64,000 bases of DNA from an uncultured Prevotella sp. GTDB lineage: Bacteria; Bacteroidota; Bacteroidia; Bacteroidales; Bacteroidaceae. Where the stretch lies: the NCBI GenBank assembly GCA_964587945.1, contig CAZPNC010000006.1:8792-72791 (forward strand), in the 5' to 3' direction. The notes under the pieces were generated by a model, which saw only the letters and a program-made list of their open reading frames with translations, was not told where the DNA came from and did no database searches. This document shows, piece by piece, positions 31,842-42,127 of the stretch (position 1 is its first letter; every line of letters begins with the position of its first letter). The translations under genes were made by a program, and so were the position numbers.

Positions 31842-32585
31842 TTACTCTTCTACAGGCTTCATGTTAGTATAAACAGTCTGTACATCGTCAAAATCTTCGA
31901 GTTTCTCTACCATCTTGTCAATGGTAGCGCGCTGCTCTTCATCCACATCCTTAAGGTCATTAGGAATGTAAGTGAACTCACCGCCGATTTCCTCGAAGCC
32001 CTTTTCCTCCAGGAAATGCTGTATCTGGGCGTATGACTTAGGGTCGCCATAGATGGAAATGGTTGTCTCTTCATTGTCCTCGTCATAGTTTTCATCGAAC
32101 TCATCGTCCACATTGAAATCTATAAGGTCAAGAATCAGTTCGTCCATATCAATGTCATCCTTCTTCTTGAATGTAAAGACGCACTTATGATCAAAAAGGA
32201 ATGACAGCGAACCCGTAGTACCGAGGTTACCTGAGAACTTGTTGAACACCGAACGAACGTCAGCCACTGTGCGCGTTGTATTGTCGGTAAGAGTGTCCAC
32301 AAACACCGCAATTCCGTGAGGGCCATATCCCTCGTATGTCACTTCTTTGTATTCTGACTGATCCTTTCCCTGTGCATTCTTGATGGCACGCTCGATGTTA
32401 TCCTTCGGCATATTCTCGCGTTTGCACGTTGCTATGATAGAACGCAGAGTCGGATTGGTATCCGCCTCAGGACCACCAGCCTTCACTGCTATGGCAATCT
32501 GCTTGCCCAGACGTGTGAAAGTCTTTGCCATGTGTCCCCAGCGTTTCATTTTTGTAGCCTTACGATATTCAAATGCTCTTCCCAT
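31842..32585 (-). CDS. yebC: YebC/PmpR family protein
   Basis: MGRAFEYRK, NMPKDNIERAIK, YEGYGPHG, TDNTTRTVADVR, DDVQTVYTN. Confidence 0.95.
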   Translation of the reverse strand: MGRAFEYRKATKMKRWGHMAKTFTRLGKQIAIAVKAGGPEADTNPTLRSIIATCKRENMPKDNIERAIKNAQGKDQSEYKEVTYEGYGPHGIAVFVDTLTDNTTRTVADVRSVFNKFSGNLGTTGSLSFLFDHKCVFTFKKKDDIDMDELILDLIDFNVDDEFDENYDEDNEETTISIYGDPKSYAQIQHFLEEKGFEEIGGEFTYIPNDLKDVDEEQRATIDKMVEKLEDFDDVQTVYTNMKPVEE

Positions 32586-32643
32586 TGGTTTATATTTTTT
32601 TGTTGTTTATATTGTTGTATTGACCTATTCTATAACAGGCAGC

Positions 32644-35106
32644 CTATCTCAGTTCCGCATTCAGCTGTCTCTTTAGATTCGATATAAGTTTGTTCATTAT
32701 AGAGTCTATCTGCTTGTCGCCCATAGTCTTCTCCGAATCTTGAAGAATAAAATTGACAGCATAGGACTTCTTGCCCTCGGGCAGGTTGTCACCCTCATAC
32801 ACATCGAACAGTTCTACGCGCTTGAGGAATTTCTTTTCCGTCTGCCGTGCGACCTTTTCAACCTCTGCGAACTCCACTTTCTTGTCGAGCAGCAGTGCGA
32901 GGTCACGACTAACAGAAGGATACTTCGGAACTTCCGTAAAGTGGACGGCAGCTTTCTTCACAGCATTTGTCGTCTGTGTCCAATTGATGTCAGCGAAGAA
33001 CACCTCACGGTCTATATCCGCCATCTTCTGTATTTTCTTGCTTACGACACCCATCTCAACAAGTATCTTACCACTACGGTTCTTCAATGTCATACCGGTA
33101 GAGAACACATCATTATCCGTTTTCTCAGAAACCAGCATTCCAAGCGGCATCCCTATGCGGCGAAGAACGTTGTCAACGTGCGCCTTTAGTTCATAGAAAG
33201 AGCTGTCTTCGTCAGCCTTTATCCATGACCCTTCTATGCGTTTGCCCGTAATCCAAAGTCCAAGATGGCCCTCTTCCGTATAGGCACGCATCGGATTCTC
33301 ATTGTCTACCTTGCTATTGTCGTGGTGGTAGCAGTTACCGAACTCGAAGAAACAAAGGTTCGCCATACGGCGATTGGCATTGCGCATGATGCTTTCAAGG
33401 CCTCCGAAGAGCAATGTCTGACGCATCACGTTCAGATCAGAAGACAACGGATTGACTATCGTAACAAGCCTATCAGCCGGATATGCCTTCAAATCGGTGT
33501 AATAAGCACCCTTTGTAAGCGAATTATTGAGTATTTCGTTGAACCCGACACCCACAAGTTGCTCAGCAACAAGGTTCATAAGTTTATGACGTTGGTCCTC
33601 AAAGCCTTTCACTACGAGTGAAGACTTGAGCTGGGTAGGTATCTCTACATTATTATAACCATAGATACGGAGAATATCCTCCACCACATCACACGGACGT
33701 TGTACATCCACACGGTATGCCGGTACAATGATGTCAAGTCCCTGTTCGTCCTCACCGGTTATCCTGACCTCAAGTGTTTGCAAGATACTCTTAACTGTAT
33801 CGTGACCTATCTTCTTGCCTATCAGCTTATCAACATATTCAAAATCCAGACGCATCTGCGGATCTTCCACAGGATTAGGATAGACATCCTTTATCTCCAT
33901 GCTCACTTTTGCGCCGGCAAGTTCCTTGCACATCATGGCAGCCTGCTTCAATGCATAGATTGTGCCATTTGGGTCTATACCGCGTTCAAAGCGGAAAGAG
34001 GCATCAGTTGACAGCCCATGGCGATGCGCCGACTTGCGAATCCACGTAGGATGGAAGTATGCTGACTCCAGCACCACATCCCTTGTAGTTTCATAAGTGC
34101 CGGAACCTTTGCCGCCAAACACACCTGCTATGCACATAGGTTCTTCCGTATTGCAGATGGCGAGGTCATGTTCGCCGAGGATATGCTCCACACCGTCAAG
34201 TGTAACGAACTTCTTTCCCTCGTTCTGATCCCTGACAACAATCTTGTGTCCGGTAACCATGTCTGCGTCAAAACAATGCAAAGGCTGTCCGTATGCCATC
34301 ATTACATAGTTCGTGATATCCACAATATTGTTGATAGGACGCAGTCCTATGACCGTAAGCTTTTCCTTCAACCATTCCGGAGACTCCTTCACCTCGCAGC
34401 CGGTGACGCTGACACAGGCATAACGACGGCAGGCTTCGCTGTTAAGTATCTCCACTTCTATAGGAAGACTATTGTCATCCACCGCGAATGCCTCATCCGA
34501 CGGGCGGTGTAGGTTTGTCTTGTAACCATTCCGGATAAGCCATGCGTACAGGTCACGTGCCACACCATAATGCGACAATGCATCCGCACGGTTGGCGGTA
34601 ATGTCCACCTCTATCAGCCAGTCACTTTCTATATTATAGTATTCGGCGGCCGGTTTTCCCACTGGAGCATCCTCCGGCAGGACTATAATACCAGCATGAC
34701 TTGTACCGATTCCTATCTCATCCTCTGCGCAAATCATGCCATTAGACTCAATGCCACGCAGTTTGGATTTCTTTATAACGAACTCCTTGTCACCGTCATA
34801 TAGTACGCATCCGAGATCTGCCACAATCACTTTCTGTCCTGCAGCGACATTAGGTGCGCCGCAGACTATCTGCGACGGTGTCTCTTTTCCCAAGTCTACA
34901 GTGCACACGTGCATATGATCCGAATCGGGATGAGGCTCACAAGTGAGTATCTTTCCCACGAAAAGGCCTTTAAGCCCTCCCTTGATTGTCTGGACTTCTT
35001 CCAAAGCGTCAACCTCAAGACCGGTGCTTGTCAGTGCAGCACAAACCTCTTCAGCGGTAAGATCGAAGTCAACATACTCTTTAAGCCATTTGTATGAAAT
35101 ATTCAT
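32644..35106 (-). CDS. pheT: Phenylalanine--tRNA ligase beta subunit
   Basis: MNISYKWLKEY, IVCGAPN, ITANRADALSH.GVARD, INNIVDITNY, SFRFERGID, FDX-ACB C-terminus. Confidence 0.98.
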   Translation of the reverse strand: MNISYKWLKEYVDFDLTAEEVCAALTSTGLEVDALEEVQTIKGGLKGLFVGKILTCEPHPDSDHMHVCTVDLGKETPSQIVCGAPNVAAGQKVIVADLGCVLYDGDKEFVIKKSKLRGIESNGMICAEDEIGIGTSHAGIIVLPEDAPVGKPAAEYYNIESDWLIEVDITANRADALSHYGVARDLYAWLIRNGYKTNLHRPSDEAFAVDDNSLPIEVEILNSEACRRYACVSVTGCEVKESPEWLKEKLTVIGLRPINNIVDITNYVMMAYGQPLHCFDADMVTGHKIVVRDQNEGKKFVTLDGVEHILGEHDLAICNTEEPMCIAGVFGGKGSGTYETTRDVVLESAYFHPTWIRKSAHRHGLSTDASFRFERGIDPNGTIYALKQAAMMCKELAGAKVSMEIKDVYPNPVEDPQMRLDFEYVDKLIGKKIGHDTVKSILQTLEVRITGEDEQGLDIIVPAYRVDVQRPCDVVEDILRIYGYNNVEIPTQLKSSLVVKGFEDQRHKLMNLVAEQLVGVGFNEILNNSLTKGAYYTDLKAYPADRLVTIVNPLSSDLNVMRQTLLFGGLESIMRNANRRMANLCFFEFGNCYHHDNSKVDNENPMRAYTEEGHLGLWITGKRIEGSWIKADEDSSFYELKAHVDNVLRRIGMPLGMLVSEKTDNDVFSTGMTLKNRSGKILVEMGVVSKKIQKMADIDREVFFADINWTQTTNAVKKAAVHFTEVPKYPSVSRDLALLLDKKVEFAEVEKVARQTEKKFLKRVELFDVYEGDNLPEGKKSYAVNFILQDSEKTMGDKQIDSIMNKLISNLKRQLNAELR

Positions 35107-35362
35107 TTCTATATGTTTGTTTGTTATTCAGATTTTATGTATCACGTACCTTATTAATAGTGACGCATATATAACGGTGCAAAGTTACAAAAAATTAGCC
35201 GATTGAGCAAACGATATCAAGTTTTTTTTATAAAAGACAGGGGATTGGCACTAGCCCGACTGTTGCCGAACGGCCTTTTAACGTTCCCTGAATATGGCAA
35301 GGATACAGAGTACACAGGACACCATTTTGACACAGAAAAGAATGGGGATAATGATAGTGCAT

Positions 35363-35450
35363 TGCAAAAGGGGCCCTTTCACGATGTAATTTGGGCACAA
35401 TTACAGTGCAATTTGGGCACAATTACATTGTAATTTGAGCACAATTACGA
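35363..35450. repeat. Array 3 of the 22-bp-period repeat (4 tandem units)
   Basis: tgcaaaaggggccctttcacga / tgtaatttgggcacaattacag / tgcaatttgggcacaattacat / tgtaatttgagcacaattacga. Confidence 0.85.
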
Positions 35451-35640
35451 AAGGCATGATATACTACGCCAATACGACTTCTGGGTTTTCTATAACACAA
35501 CAGGAAACAATAGCGGCCGTCGTTTCACGGAGTTACATTGCAAATACAGCACTCCAAACGCACAAAACACACAACAAAAAGCGCTATAATAGTAACAAAA
35601 GGGCAACGCACAGAACACACAGAATATACACACAAACCCA

Positions 35641-35736
35641 CAAAAACAACGAAACTCTCACGCCTCACGGTGTAAGAGTTTCAATCTCAATAGGTATTAG
35701 CTTTGTTTAAGGTAAAAAGATTGTATTCAGGATAAC
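35641..35736 (-). ncRNA. Candidate ~95-nt small RNA
   Basis: -7 TAACTTTG (35742-35749) and -33 TTTG (35770-35773) with 20-nt spacer. No ORF. Terminator stem GAAACUCUUACACC-GUGA-GGCGUGAGAGUUUC followed by a U tract. Confidence 0.7.
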
Positions 35737-35869
35737 GATTGCAAAGTTACGATATTTTGTTGATTATCGCAAACTTTTTTTCAACTATTTTCGAAAATAG
35801 AACGTTTTTAACTGAAACTTTTATTGATTTTAGTCATTTTGAAGACATTTATCGGATTATTTTGCTGTT

Positions 35870-36499
35870 TTATTGTTTTTTATTTGCTTTCTTTCCACAA
35901 AATTTCTTAATAGCAAAATAGGCTATGACTATCACGATAATGCCGACAACCCCGAATTTTATATAATCATAATACTCCGCAACCTTTTCATCCAACTGCT
36001 CCAACGGAACAACTGAATGGAGGTGATAACCTATAGCTGCGAGTATGCAGTTCCATGCTCCAGCACCCAATGTAGTATAAAGCAGGAAGCGCCAGAAGTT
36101 CATTTTCGCCAGTCCGGCAGGCACAGAGATAAGCTGACGTATAACCGGAACAAGGCGACCTGTCAGTGTTGCCACCACGCCATGCTCGTCAAAGTAACGC
36201 TCCGCCTTCTCTATTTTCTCCTGATTCAGTAGGCACACCTTGCCCCAACGGCTGTTAGCGAAACTATAAATGATGGGGCGGCCGAGATAGTAGGCCGCAG
36301 CATAGTTAACAATAGCCCCTAAATCCGCGCCAATAGTGGCGACAAGGATAACCAGCCACACGTCAAGCAGACCGGCGGCAGCCTGATACGCCGCCGGCGG
36401 AACAAAAATTTCGGACGGCACTGGTATGACAGTACTTTCGAGAAACATACCTACGAAGACTTCGAGGTAACCAATGTTGGATAATAATTGTTCAAACAT
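35870..36499 (-). CDS. dedA: DedA family membrane protein
   Basis: MFLESTVIPVPSE, GRLVPVIRQLISVPAGLAKM; start moved to ATG 36499. Confidence 0.9.
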   Translation of the reverse strand: MFEQLLSNIGYLEVFVGMFLESTVIPVPSEIFVPPAAYQAAAGLLDVWLVILVATIGADLGAIVNYAAAYYLGRPIIYSFANSRWGKVCLLNQEKIEKAERYFDEHGVVATLTGRLVPVIRQLISVPAGLAKMNFWRFLLYTTLGAGAWNCILAAIGYHLHSVVPLEQLDEKVAEYYDYIKFGVVGIIVIVIAYFAIKKFCGKKANKKQ

Positions 36500-36628
36500 A
36501 ATATAAAAATTGTAATTTTCAGAAGAAAGATATATATAGGACGAAAATGATGACAAGTAGTGGAATAAGCACAAATGGCAGACCTTCCGACACAATGTGG
36601 GAAGATTTTATGGGCGTAATCGCCCTGC

Positions 36629-38146
36629 TTACATTTGGTTTTTCCCTCCTTTTCCTTCTCTTTCCAACTCTATTTTAAGATAGTCCCGCGGCTCAGTACC
36701 TGACGGAAAATATTCTCCAAGAACACTGGAGGTATCAAGTGGCGCAAGACGCACGGCATATTCAAGGTATTGCAAATACTCCTTTCTCTTGCCGAGAGCA
36801 CGGCACGTAGCCGCAAAAAAGGCAAGAGACTGCACCGGACAGGACACAAAACCGGTGTCTTTATATGGTGCCAAGGCCTCTTTCAACATCTTGTAGGCCA
36901 TGGAGAACAGCCCGGATTCAAAGCATATCACACCTATCCGCCCAATTATTTTCAAGTCATAGTCTGCCGCTTCAACTGCCTTGCCGAAGTATGCCATAGC
37001 TCTCTTCCTGTCAACAGTTTCAAGACAGACAGCACCACGGACAAGATCGGCCTCCACTGAAGGTGCCCCAAGTTTCTCTAACTGGTCACAACATTCCATG
37101 GCAAGGGTGGCATCTCCCATCTTTGCAGCAATAGAGGCACAGGTGCGCAGGGCATCAAGCGACTGGGAAAGGGGTAATTCGTCGAAGTGCTGCATAACCT
37201 TCTTTATATGTTCGTAAGCTTCAGTTGTCCGTAACAGGCAGAAGTAGGTGGTAGCAATGAGCAATTCGCCGACTGGATCCTCTGGACACAACTCAAGATA
37301 ATGCTCAAAACATTTCGCAGCCTCGCCAAGATGGTTTAACGCATACAGGCAGTTGCCTTTGGTAAGATACGCTTCCGGCTCATCCGGAGCTATGGCAATG
37401 GCGTATTCAACACTCCTCAATGCTTCCTGATACTGTGCCTGATGGAACAGGGCATCACTCATCATAAGCCATGCTGTTACATTATATGCGTCAATATCTA
37501 TTGTCTTGTTTATTACATCCACGGCCTTATCCCAACGTGCCTGCGTCAGATATATCCTCCCCCAAGTATCATAATACTCCATGGCGGCATCGCCCTCCGG
37601 CACGGATGTCTTCTGCATCCACTTCTCCGCATAACTACTGTATCCGTGATCACAATACATCATAGCCACGTCAAGGGCGAAATCCGGAATATCTTCACCG
37701 TCTTCCATCTCGTCATCAAGACTTCCACCCGCGTCTCTTTCCATAAACCGGGCATACTTTGCACAAAGATACTCTTCCGCTTTATCCACTCCGCCGTCGC
37801 TAAGCATTATCTCTGCCGTGACATAAACGGTCTCAAGGCTCTCTGCATCTTCCTCTATCTGTCCGAGCAAAGACTTTGCCCTGACCACATCACCATAGTC
37901 AACAAGGGCCATACGGGCCTTGAACAATAGCGGAGCAGCTTCCGTCGGGTACAATTTCAAGCAATAGTCCGCTGCCGCCTCCGCATTTTCTATATCATCA
38001 ATCATGTGATAATATTCTGCGATATCAACTAAATCGTCAGAATCAAAATACACCAATTCTTCCGATTCCAATGTGTTCTCATACTTAGAGAGCAACGATT
38101 TGAATTCGGAAGAATTGATGTATTTGTTGAATTCCGTAGAAGACAT
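36629..38146 (-). CDS. Tetratricopeptide repeat protein
   Basis: Repeated TPR-like helices (AYLTKGNCLYALN..EAAKCFE, A...INKTIDIDAYN..AW); N-terminus typical of Bacteroidales TPR proteins. Confidence 0.8.
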   Translation of the reverse strand: MSSTEFNKYINSSEFKSLLSKYENTLESEELVYFDSDDLVDIAEYYHMIDDIENAEAAADYCLKLYPTEAAPLLFKARMALVDYGDVVRAKSLLGQIEEDAESLETVYVTAEIMLSDGGVDKAEEYLCAKYARFMERDAGGSLDDEMEDGEDIPDFALDVAMMYCDHGYSSYAEKWMQKTSVPEGDAAMEYYDTWGRIYLTQARWDKAVDVINKTIDIDAYNVTAWLMMSDALFHQAQYQEALRSVEYAIAIAPDEPEAYLTKGNCLYALNHLGEAAKCFEHYLELCPEDPVGELLIATTYFCLLRTTEAYEHIKKVMQHFDELPLSQSLDALRTCASIAAKMGDATLAMECCDQLEKLGAPSVEADLVRGAVCLETVDRKRAMAYFGKAVEAADYDLKIIGRIGVICFESGLFSMAYKMLKEALAPYKDTGFVSCPVQSLAFFAATCRALGKRKEYLQYLEYAVRLAPLDTSSVLGEYFPSGTEPRDYLKIELEREGKGGKNQM

Positions 38147-38200
38147 GTTTTCTTTCCTTTGTTATTGTTAGCCTGGAGATGCAGCAAGTCAGCCGGATGC

Positions 38201-39958
38201 TTACTTCTTCCAATTATCCTTCAGTCCCACAGTACGGTTAAATACTGGGTGTTCAGGTGTAGTGTCAGGGTCAGGCATGAAATAACCGATACGCTGGAAC
38301 TGCAGATAATCGCCCGGAGTCTTGTCTGCCGCCCACTCTTCAACATAACAGTTGTCGAGTACTTTGAGTGAGTCCGGGTTCATCATACGCTTCATTGCCT
38401 CCAAATCCGTGAGACCTTCTTCCTTTGTCAGGCGCGCCTTTTCATCGCGGGGGTTCTCCACCATCCACAGACGGTCATATAGACGGACCTCACATTGGCG
38501 GCAATGACCGACACTTACCCAGTGCAGTGTCTTGCCTTTTATTCTGCGATCAGCACCAGGCAGGCCGCTCCTCGTATCCGGATCATACTCTGCATACACC
38601 TCTACGATGTTGCCATCGGCATCCTTCTTGCAGAAATTCTCTTCGGGGCACTTTATGATATAGCCGTTCTTCAGACGTACTTCCTTACCGGGACCAAGAC
38701 GGAAGAACTTCTTTGGGGCGTCTTCCATGAAGTCATCACGCTCTATCCACAGTTCACGTGAGAACGTAATCTCGTGTATTCCGCTATCCGCATCCTCTGG
38801 GTTGTTGACGGCAACCATCTGCTCTGTCTGTCCGACCGGATAGTTGGTGATGACCAGTTTCAATGGGTTCAGCACGGCAGACACGCGGTCTGCACGCGTA
38901 TTCAAGTCTTCACGGACAGAGCTTTCCAACAGTGCTATCTCGTTAAGAGCATCAAATGTGGTGTAGCCTATTTTCTTTATGAAATTGTTTATAGCCTCCG
39001 GAGAATAGCCATGACGGCGGAATCCGCACAGAGTCGGCATACGCGGATCGTCCCATCCGCTTACAAGTCCTTCCTGAACAAGCAGCAGAAGGTTACGCTT
39101 TGACATGAGAGTATAGGAGAGGTTGAGCTTGTTGAACTCCGTCTGTCGTGGGCGGTTATCTTCCAATGCGGCCGTTTCTCCACGTGTTTCCTTCAGCCAG
39201 TCTATGAACAAGTCATACAATGGACGGTGGACTACGAACTCAAGGGTGCATAAAGAATGCGTAACGCCCTCGAAATAGTCAGACTGTCCATGCGTAAAGT
39301 CGTACATCGGATAGGCATTCCACTTGCTACCAGTGCGGTAATGAGGTATGTTCATCACACGATACATGATTGGATCGCGGAAGTGCATATTAGGGTTAGC
39401 CATGTCAATCTTGGCTCTTAGCACCATCTTTCCCGGCTCCATACGTCCGGAATTCATCTCTTCAAAAAGGCGAAGGCTCTCTTCCTGCGGTCTGTCCCGA
39501 TAGGGAGAGTTCTCTCCCGGCTGAGTAGGCGTACCCTTCTGCAGTGCTATCTGCTCGGCAGTCTGTTCGTCAACGTATGCCCTACCCTGCTTGATCATTG
39601 CCACGGCAAAGTCCCATAACTGCTGGAAATAGTCAGAGGCATAGCATATCTTGCCCCATTTATAGCCCAGCCATTGTATGTCTTGCTTTATGGCCTCTAC
39701 ATATTCGTCGTCCTCCTTCTGTGGATTGGTATCGTCAAAGCGCAGGTTACAAACGCCGCCATACTTCTTTGCTGCGCCGAAATCCATGGCAATGGCCTTT
39801 GCATGACCAATATGCAGATATCCGTTAGGTTCTGGCGGGAAGCGCGTCTGTATGCGTCCACCATTCTTTCCGGCCGCAAGATCGGCCTCTATTTTCTGCT
39901 CTATGAAGTTCAAAGACTTCTTTTCCTCAGTTTGTGTCGTTCCTTCTGTATTCTGCAT
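38201..39958 (-). CDS. glnS: Glutamine--tRNA ligase
   Basis: TRFPPEPNGYLHIGHAK, RFDDTNP, THSLCTLEF, MSKR, WDDPRMPT, QFQRIGYF. The -7 box at 39986-39993 implies a start at 39958 or 39967. Confidence 0.97.
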   Translation of the reverse strand: MQNTEGTTQTEEKKSLNFIEQKIEADLAAGKNGGRIQTRFPPEPNGYLHIGHAKAIAMDFGAAKKYGGVCNLRFDDTNPQKEDDEYVEAIKQDIQWLGYKWGKICYASDYFQQLWDFAVAMIKQGRAYVDEQTAEQIALQKGTPTQPGENSPYRDRPQEESLRLFEEMNSGRMEPGKMVLRAKIDMANPNMHFRDPIMYRVMNIPHYRTGSKWNAYPMYDFTHGQSDYFEGVTHSLCTLEFVVHRPLYDLFIDWLKETRGETAALEDNRPRQTEFNKLNLSYTLMSKRNLLLLVQEGLVSGWDDPRMPTLCGFRRHGYSPEAINNFIKKIGYTTFDALNEIALLESSVREDLNTRADRVSAVLNPLKLVITNYPVGQTEQMVAVNNPEDADSGIHEITFSRELWIERDDFMEDAPKKFFRLGPGKEVRLKNGYIIKCPEENFCKKDADGNIVEVYAEYDPDTRSGLPGADRRIKGKTLHWVSVGHCRQCEVRLYDRLWMVENPRDEKARLTKEEGLTDLEAMKRMMNPDSLKVLDNCYVEEWAADKTPGDYLQFQRIGYFMPDPDTTPEHPVFNRTVGLKDNWKK

Positions 39959-40113
39959 ATTACACATATTATTACATTTCGTCGGCAAAGTTAGTGTTTT
40001 TTTTCCATAAAAGGCAGCCTAATGCGGCATTATTTTCATGCAAACACGCTAAAAACACATTTTTATATATGTTTATCGCATCTTTCAACAATTTTTATTA
40101 ACTTTGCAATCAA

Positions 40114-40797
40114 ATGAAACGAAAACGTATTATAGTATTCTTCTCACTGGCGCTTGTACTGTTCATCGCTGTCATTGCATTGGGAATGCGGGCTTGCAGC
40201 AGCAGTAACGGCTCCAGTCATGCGGATTCCGTACGCATAGACACCATTCCCTACATGGTAAGGCAGATGCAACGATGTTCGCGTCTGAACGTTGCAGAAC
40301 TGAAAGTGCATAAGATTGTCACCCACGATGACGCCATGAAATTGTCGGGAACAGTATTGGGCAAGGAGGTATCTGTCAACATTCCGGCTGGAAAACGGAA
40401 GGTGGCCATTCCACTTTATGCCACGATAAAGGGGAGCATAGACCTGTCCAAACTCACGGATGAAGACATAATACGCTACGGAGACAAGATAGAAGTGTTC
40501 CTGCCACAACCGGACATCATCATAACGGAGACACACATAGACCACGATGGCATAAGACAATATGTGGCACTGACACGCAGTCGCTTCACGGACGAAGAAC
40601 TACAGTCATACGAAAAACAGGGACGGGCGGCCATAGAGCGTGACATTCCGGCAATGAACATTACCGGAATGGCGCAGGAAAACGCTGCACGCCAGATTAT
40701 TCCCATCATTCAAGCGATGGGATTCAAGGAAAACAACATAACGATTTCATTCAGAGACAATGGCAGGAATAATAAGATTCTTCGAGAGAATAAATAA
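40114..40797 (+). CDS. DUF4230-like membrane-anchored protein
   Basis: N-terminal TM helix; RL.VAEL.VHKIV, ATIKGSIDLS, AQENAARQI. Confidence 0.7.
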   Translation: MKRKRIIVFFSLALVLFIAVIALGMRACSSSNGSSHADSVRIDTIPYMVRQMQRCSRLNVAELKVHKIVTHDDAMKLSGTVLGKEVSVNIPAGKRKVAIPLYATIKGSIDLSKLTDEDIIRYGDKIEVFLPQPDIIITETHIDHDGIRQYVALTRSRFTDEELQSYEKQGRAAIERDIPAMNITGMAQENAARQIIPIIQAMGFKENNITISFRDNGRNNKILRENK

Positions 40798-40801
40798 CGG
40801 G

Positions 40802-41380
40802 ATGAGCCGTCTCACCGTTTCTCTGGTCTGCATTGCCATACTTGCCGTCCTCGGAGTGGTGGCATGGTCACTGCACACGGTCAAGAACAGCACGCTATCC
40901 TTTGGCACTGACGATGCAATAGACTGTACCCCGACCATAATTGAGCGTATGCGAGCCATAGGACAATGGGAGTTCCTTGCCATAAACGATGAGGAAATCA
41001 TCGACACTGTACGCACCGGATTCTTCTCTGACGATGAACTTGTGCGCATATACTATGGCACTCTACGCCTCGGCATAGACCTTAAGGACTGTTCCGAAGA
41101 CTGGATAGAATCAGGAAAAGACACCATATACATCACTATACCGGAAGTAAAACTACTCGACTACAACTTCATTGACGAGGCACGCACACGTTCTTTCTTC
41201 GAAACAGGGAAATGGACCAACGCTGACCGTAAGGCAATGTACGAAGAAGCACGCCGCACAATGCTGCAACGATGCCTGAACAAGGAGAACATAACCATCG
41301 CACAAGACAATGCACGTGAACAAATAACACGGATGCTGAAGCCAATCGCTGAACCCAAGATTATCAAAATAAAAAACTAA
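40802..41380 (+). CDS. DUF4230-like membrane-anchored protein (second, tandem)
   Basis: N-terminal TM helix; IGQWEFL, RIYYGTLRLGIDL, AQDNAREQI. Confidence 0.7.
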   Translation: MSRLTVSLVCIAILAVLGVVAWSLHTVKNSTLSFGTDDAIDCTPTIIERMRAIGQWEFLAINDEEIIDTVRTGFFSDDELVRIYYGTLRLGIDLKDCSEDWIESGKDTIYITIPEVKLLDYNFIDEARTRSFFETGKWTNADRKAMYEEARRTMLQRCLNKENITIAQDNAREQITRMLKPIAEPKIIKIKN

Positions 41381-41383
41381 AAC

Positions 41384-42103
41384 ATGAGGAAAATACTGCT
41401 AACCGCCATATTGCTGATTGCAACAACGGTATCTTTTGCAAGTGACATCACCAAAAATGACACACTGAGATATTCCATTCTCGGAGATAGTTACTCTACC
41501 TATGAGGGGTATCTCACACCAGACACCAATCTTATATGGTATTTCCATCCTACGAACAAGGAACTACACAGCAAGAATGACGTCCGTTCCGTAGAGCAGA
41601 CATGGTGGTATCAAGTGATAGAACGTATGGCCGGAAAACTCGAAATAAACAATTCGTACTCAGGCTCTACCATCTGCTGCACGGGATATAAACACGGTAA
41701 CGCCGCACACGCAGACTACTCTGACTGCGCCTTCATCACACGCAGCAACAAATTGGGTAATCCTGACGTCATATTAGTATGCGGAGCGACAAACGACAGT
41801 TGGGCAGGCGCGCCGATAGGGGAATACGTTTATGGCAACTGGACTTCCAAAGAACTGTATGAGTTCCGGCCGGCAATGGCAAAGCTATTGCACGACCTCA
41901 GAGCGAACTACCCATTGGCGCGTATCCTCTTCATATTGAATACAGACCTGAAACCATCCATCAACGAGTCCGTACATACTATATGCCACCATTATGGCAT
42001 TCCGTGCCTGGACCTTAAAGGCATAGACAAACAGCAAGGACACCCCTCCATAAGCGGAATGAAGGCATTTGCAGACCAAGTAACAAACTATCTACGCAAA
42101 TAA
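41384..42103 (+). CDS. SGNH/GDSL hydrolase (putative esterase)
   Basis: Signal peptide; ILGDSYST, NNSYSG, G.TND, GHPS. Confidence 0.85.
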   Translation: MRKILLTAILLIATTVSFASDITKNDTLRYSILGDSYSTYEGYLTPDTNLIWYFHPTNKELHSKNDVRSVEQTWWYQVIERMAGKLEINNSYSGSTICCTGYKHGNAAHADYSDCAFITRSNKLGNPDVILVCGATNDSWAGAPIGEYVYGNWTSKELYEFRPAMAKLLHDLRANYPLARILFILNTDLKPSINESVHTICHHYGIPCLDLKGIDKQQGHPSISGMKAFADQVTNYLRK

Positions 42104-42127
42104 AAGAAACCAACTAACCAAACTAAC

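Noticed and set aside
35363-35450. 22-bp arrays as mini-CRISPR arrays
   Set aside because: The units abut with no unique spacers, are degenerate and of mixed orientation across arrays, and no cas genes are present.
35540-35650. A/C-rich stretch (acacacaa...) and ORF 35435-35710
   Set aside because: Low-complexity sequence without a fixed period; the ORF overlaps the repeat array and the antisense of the sRNA.
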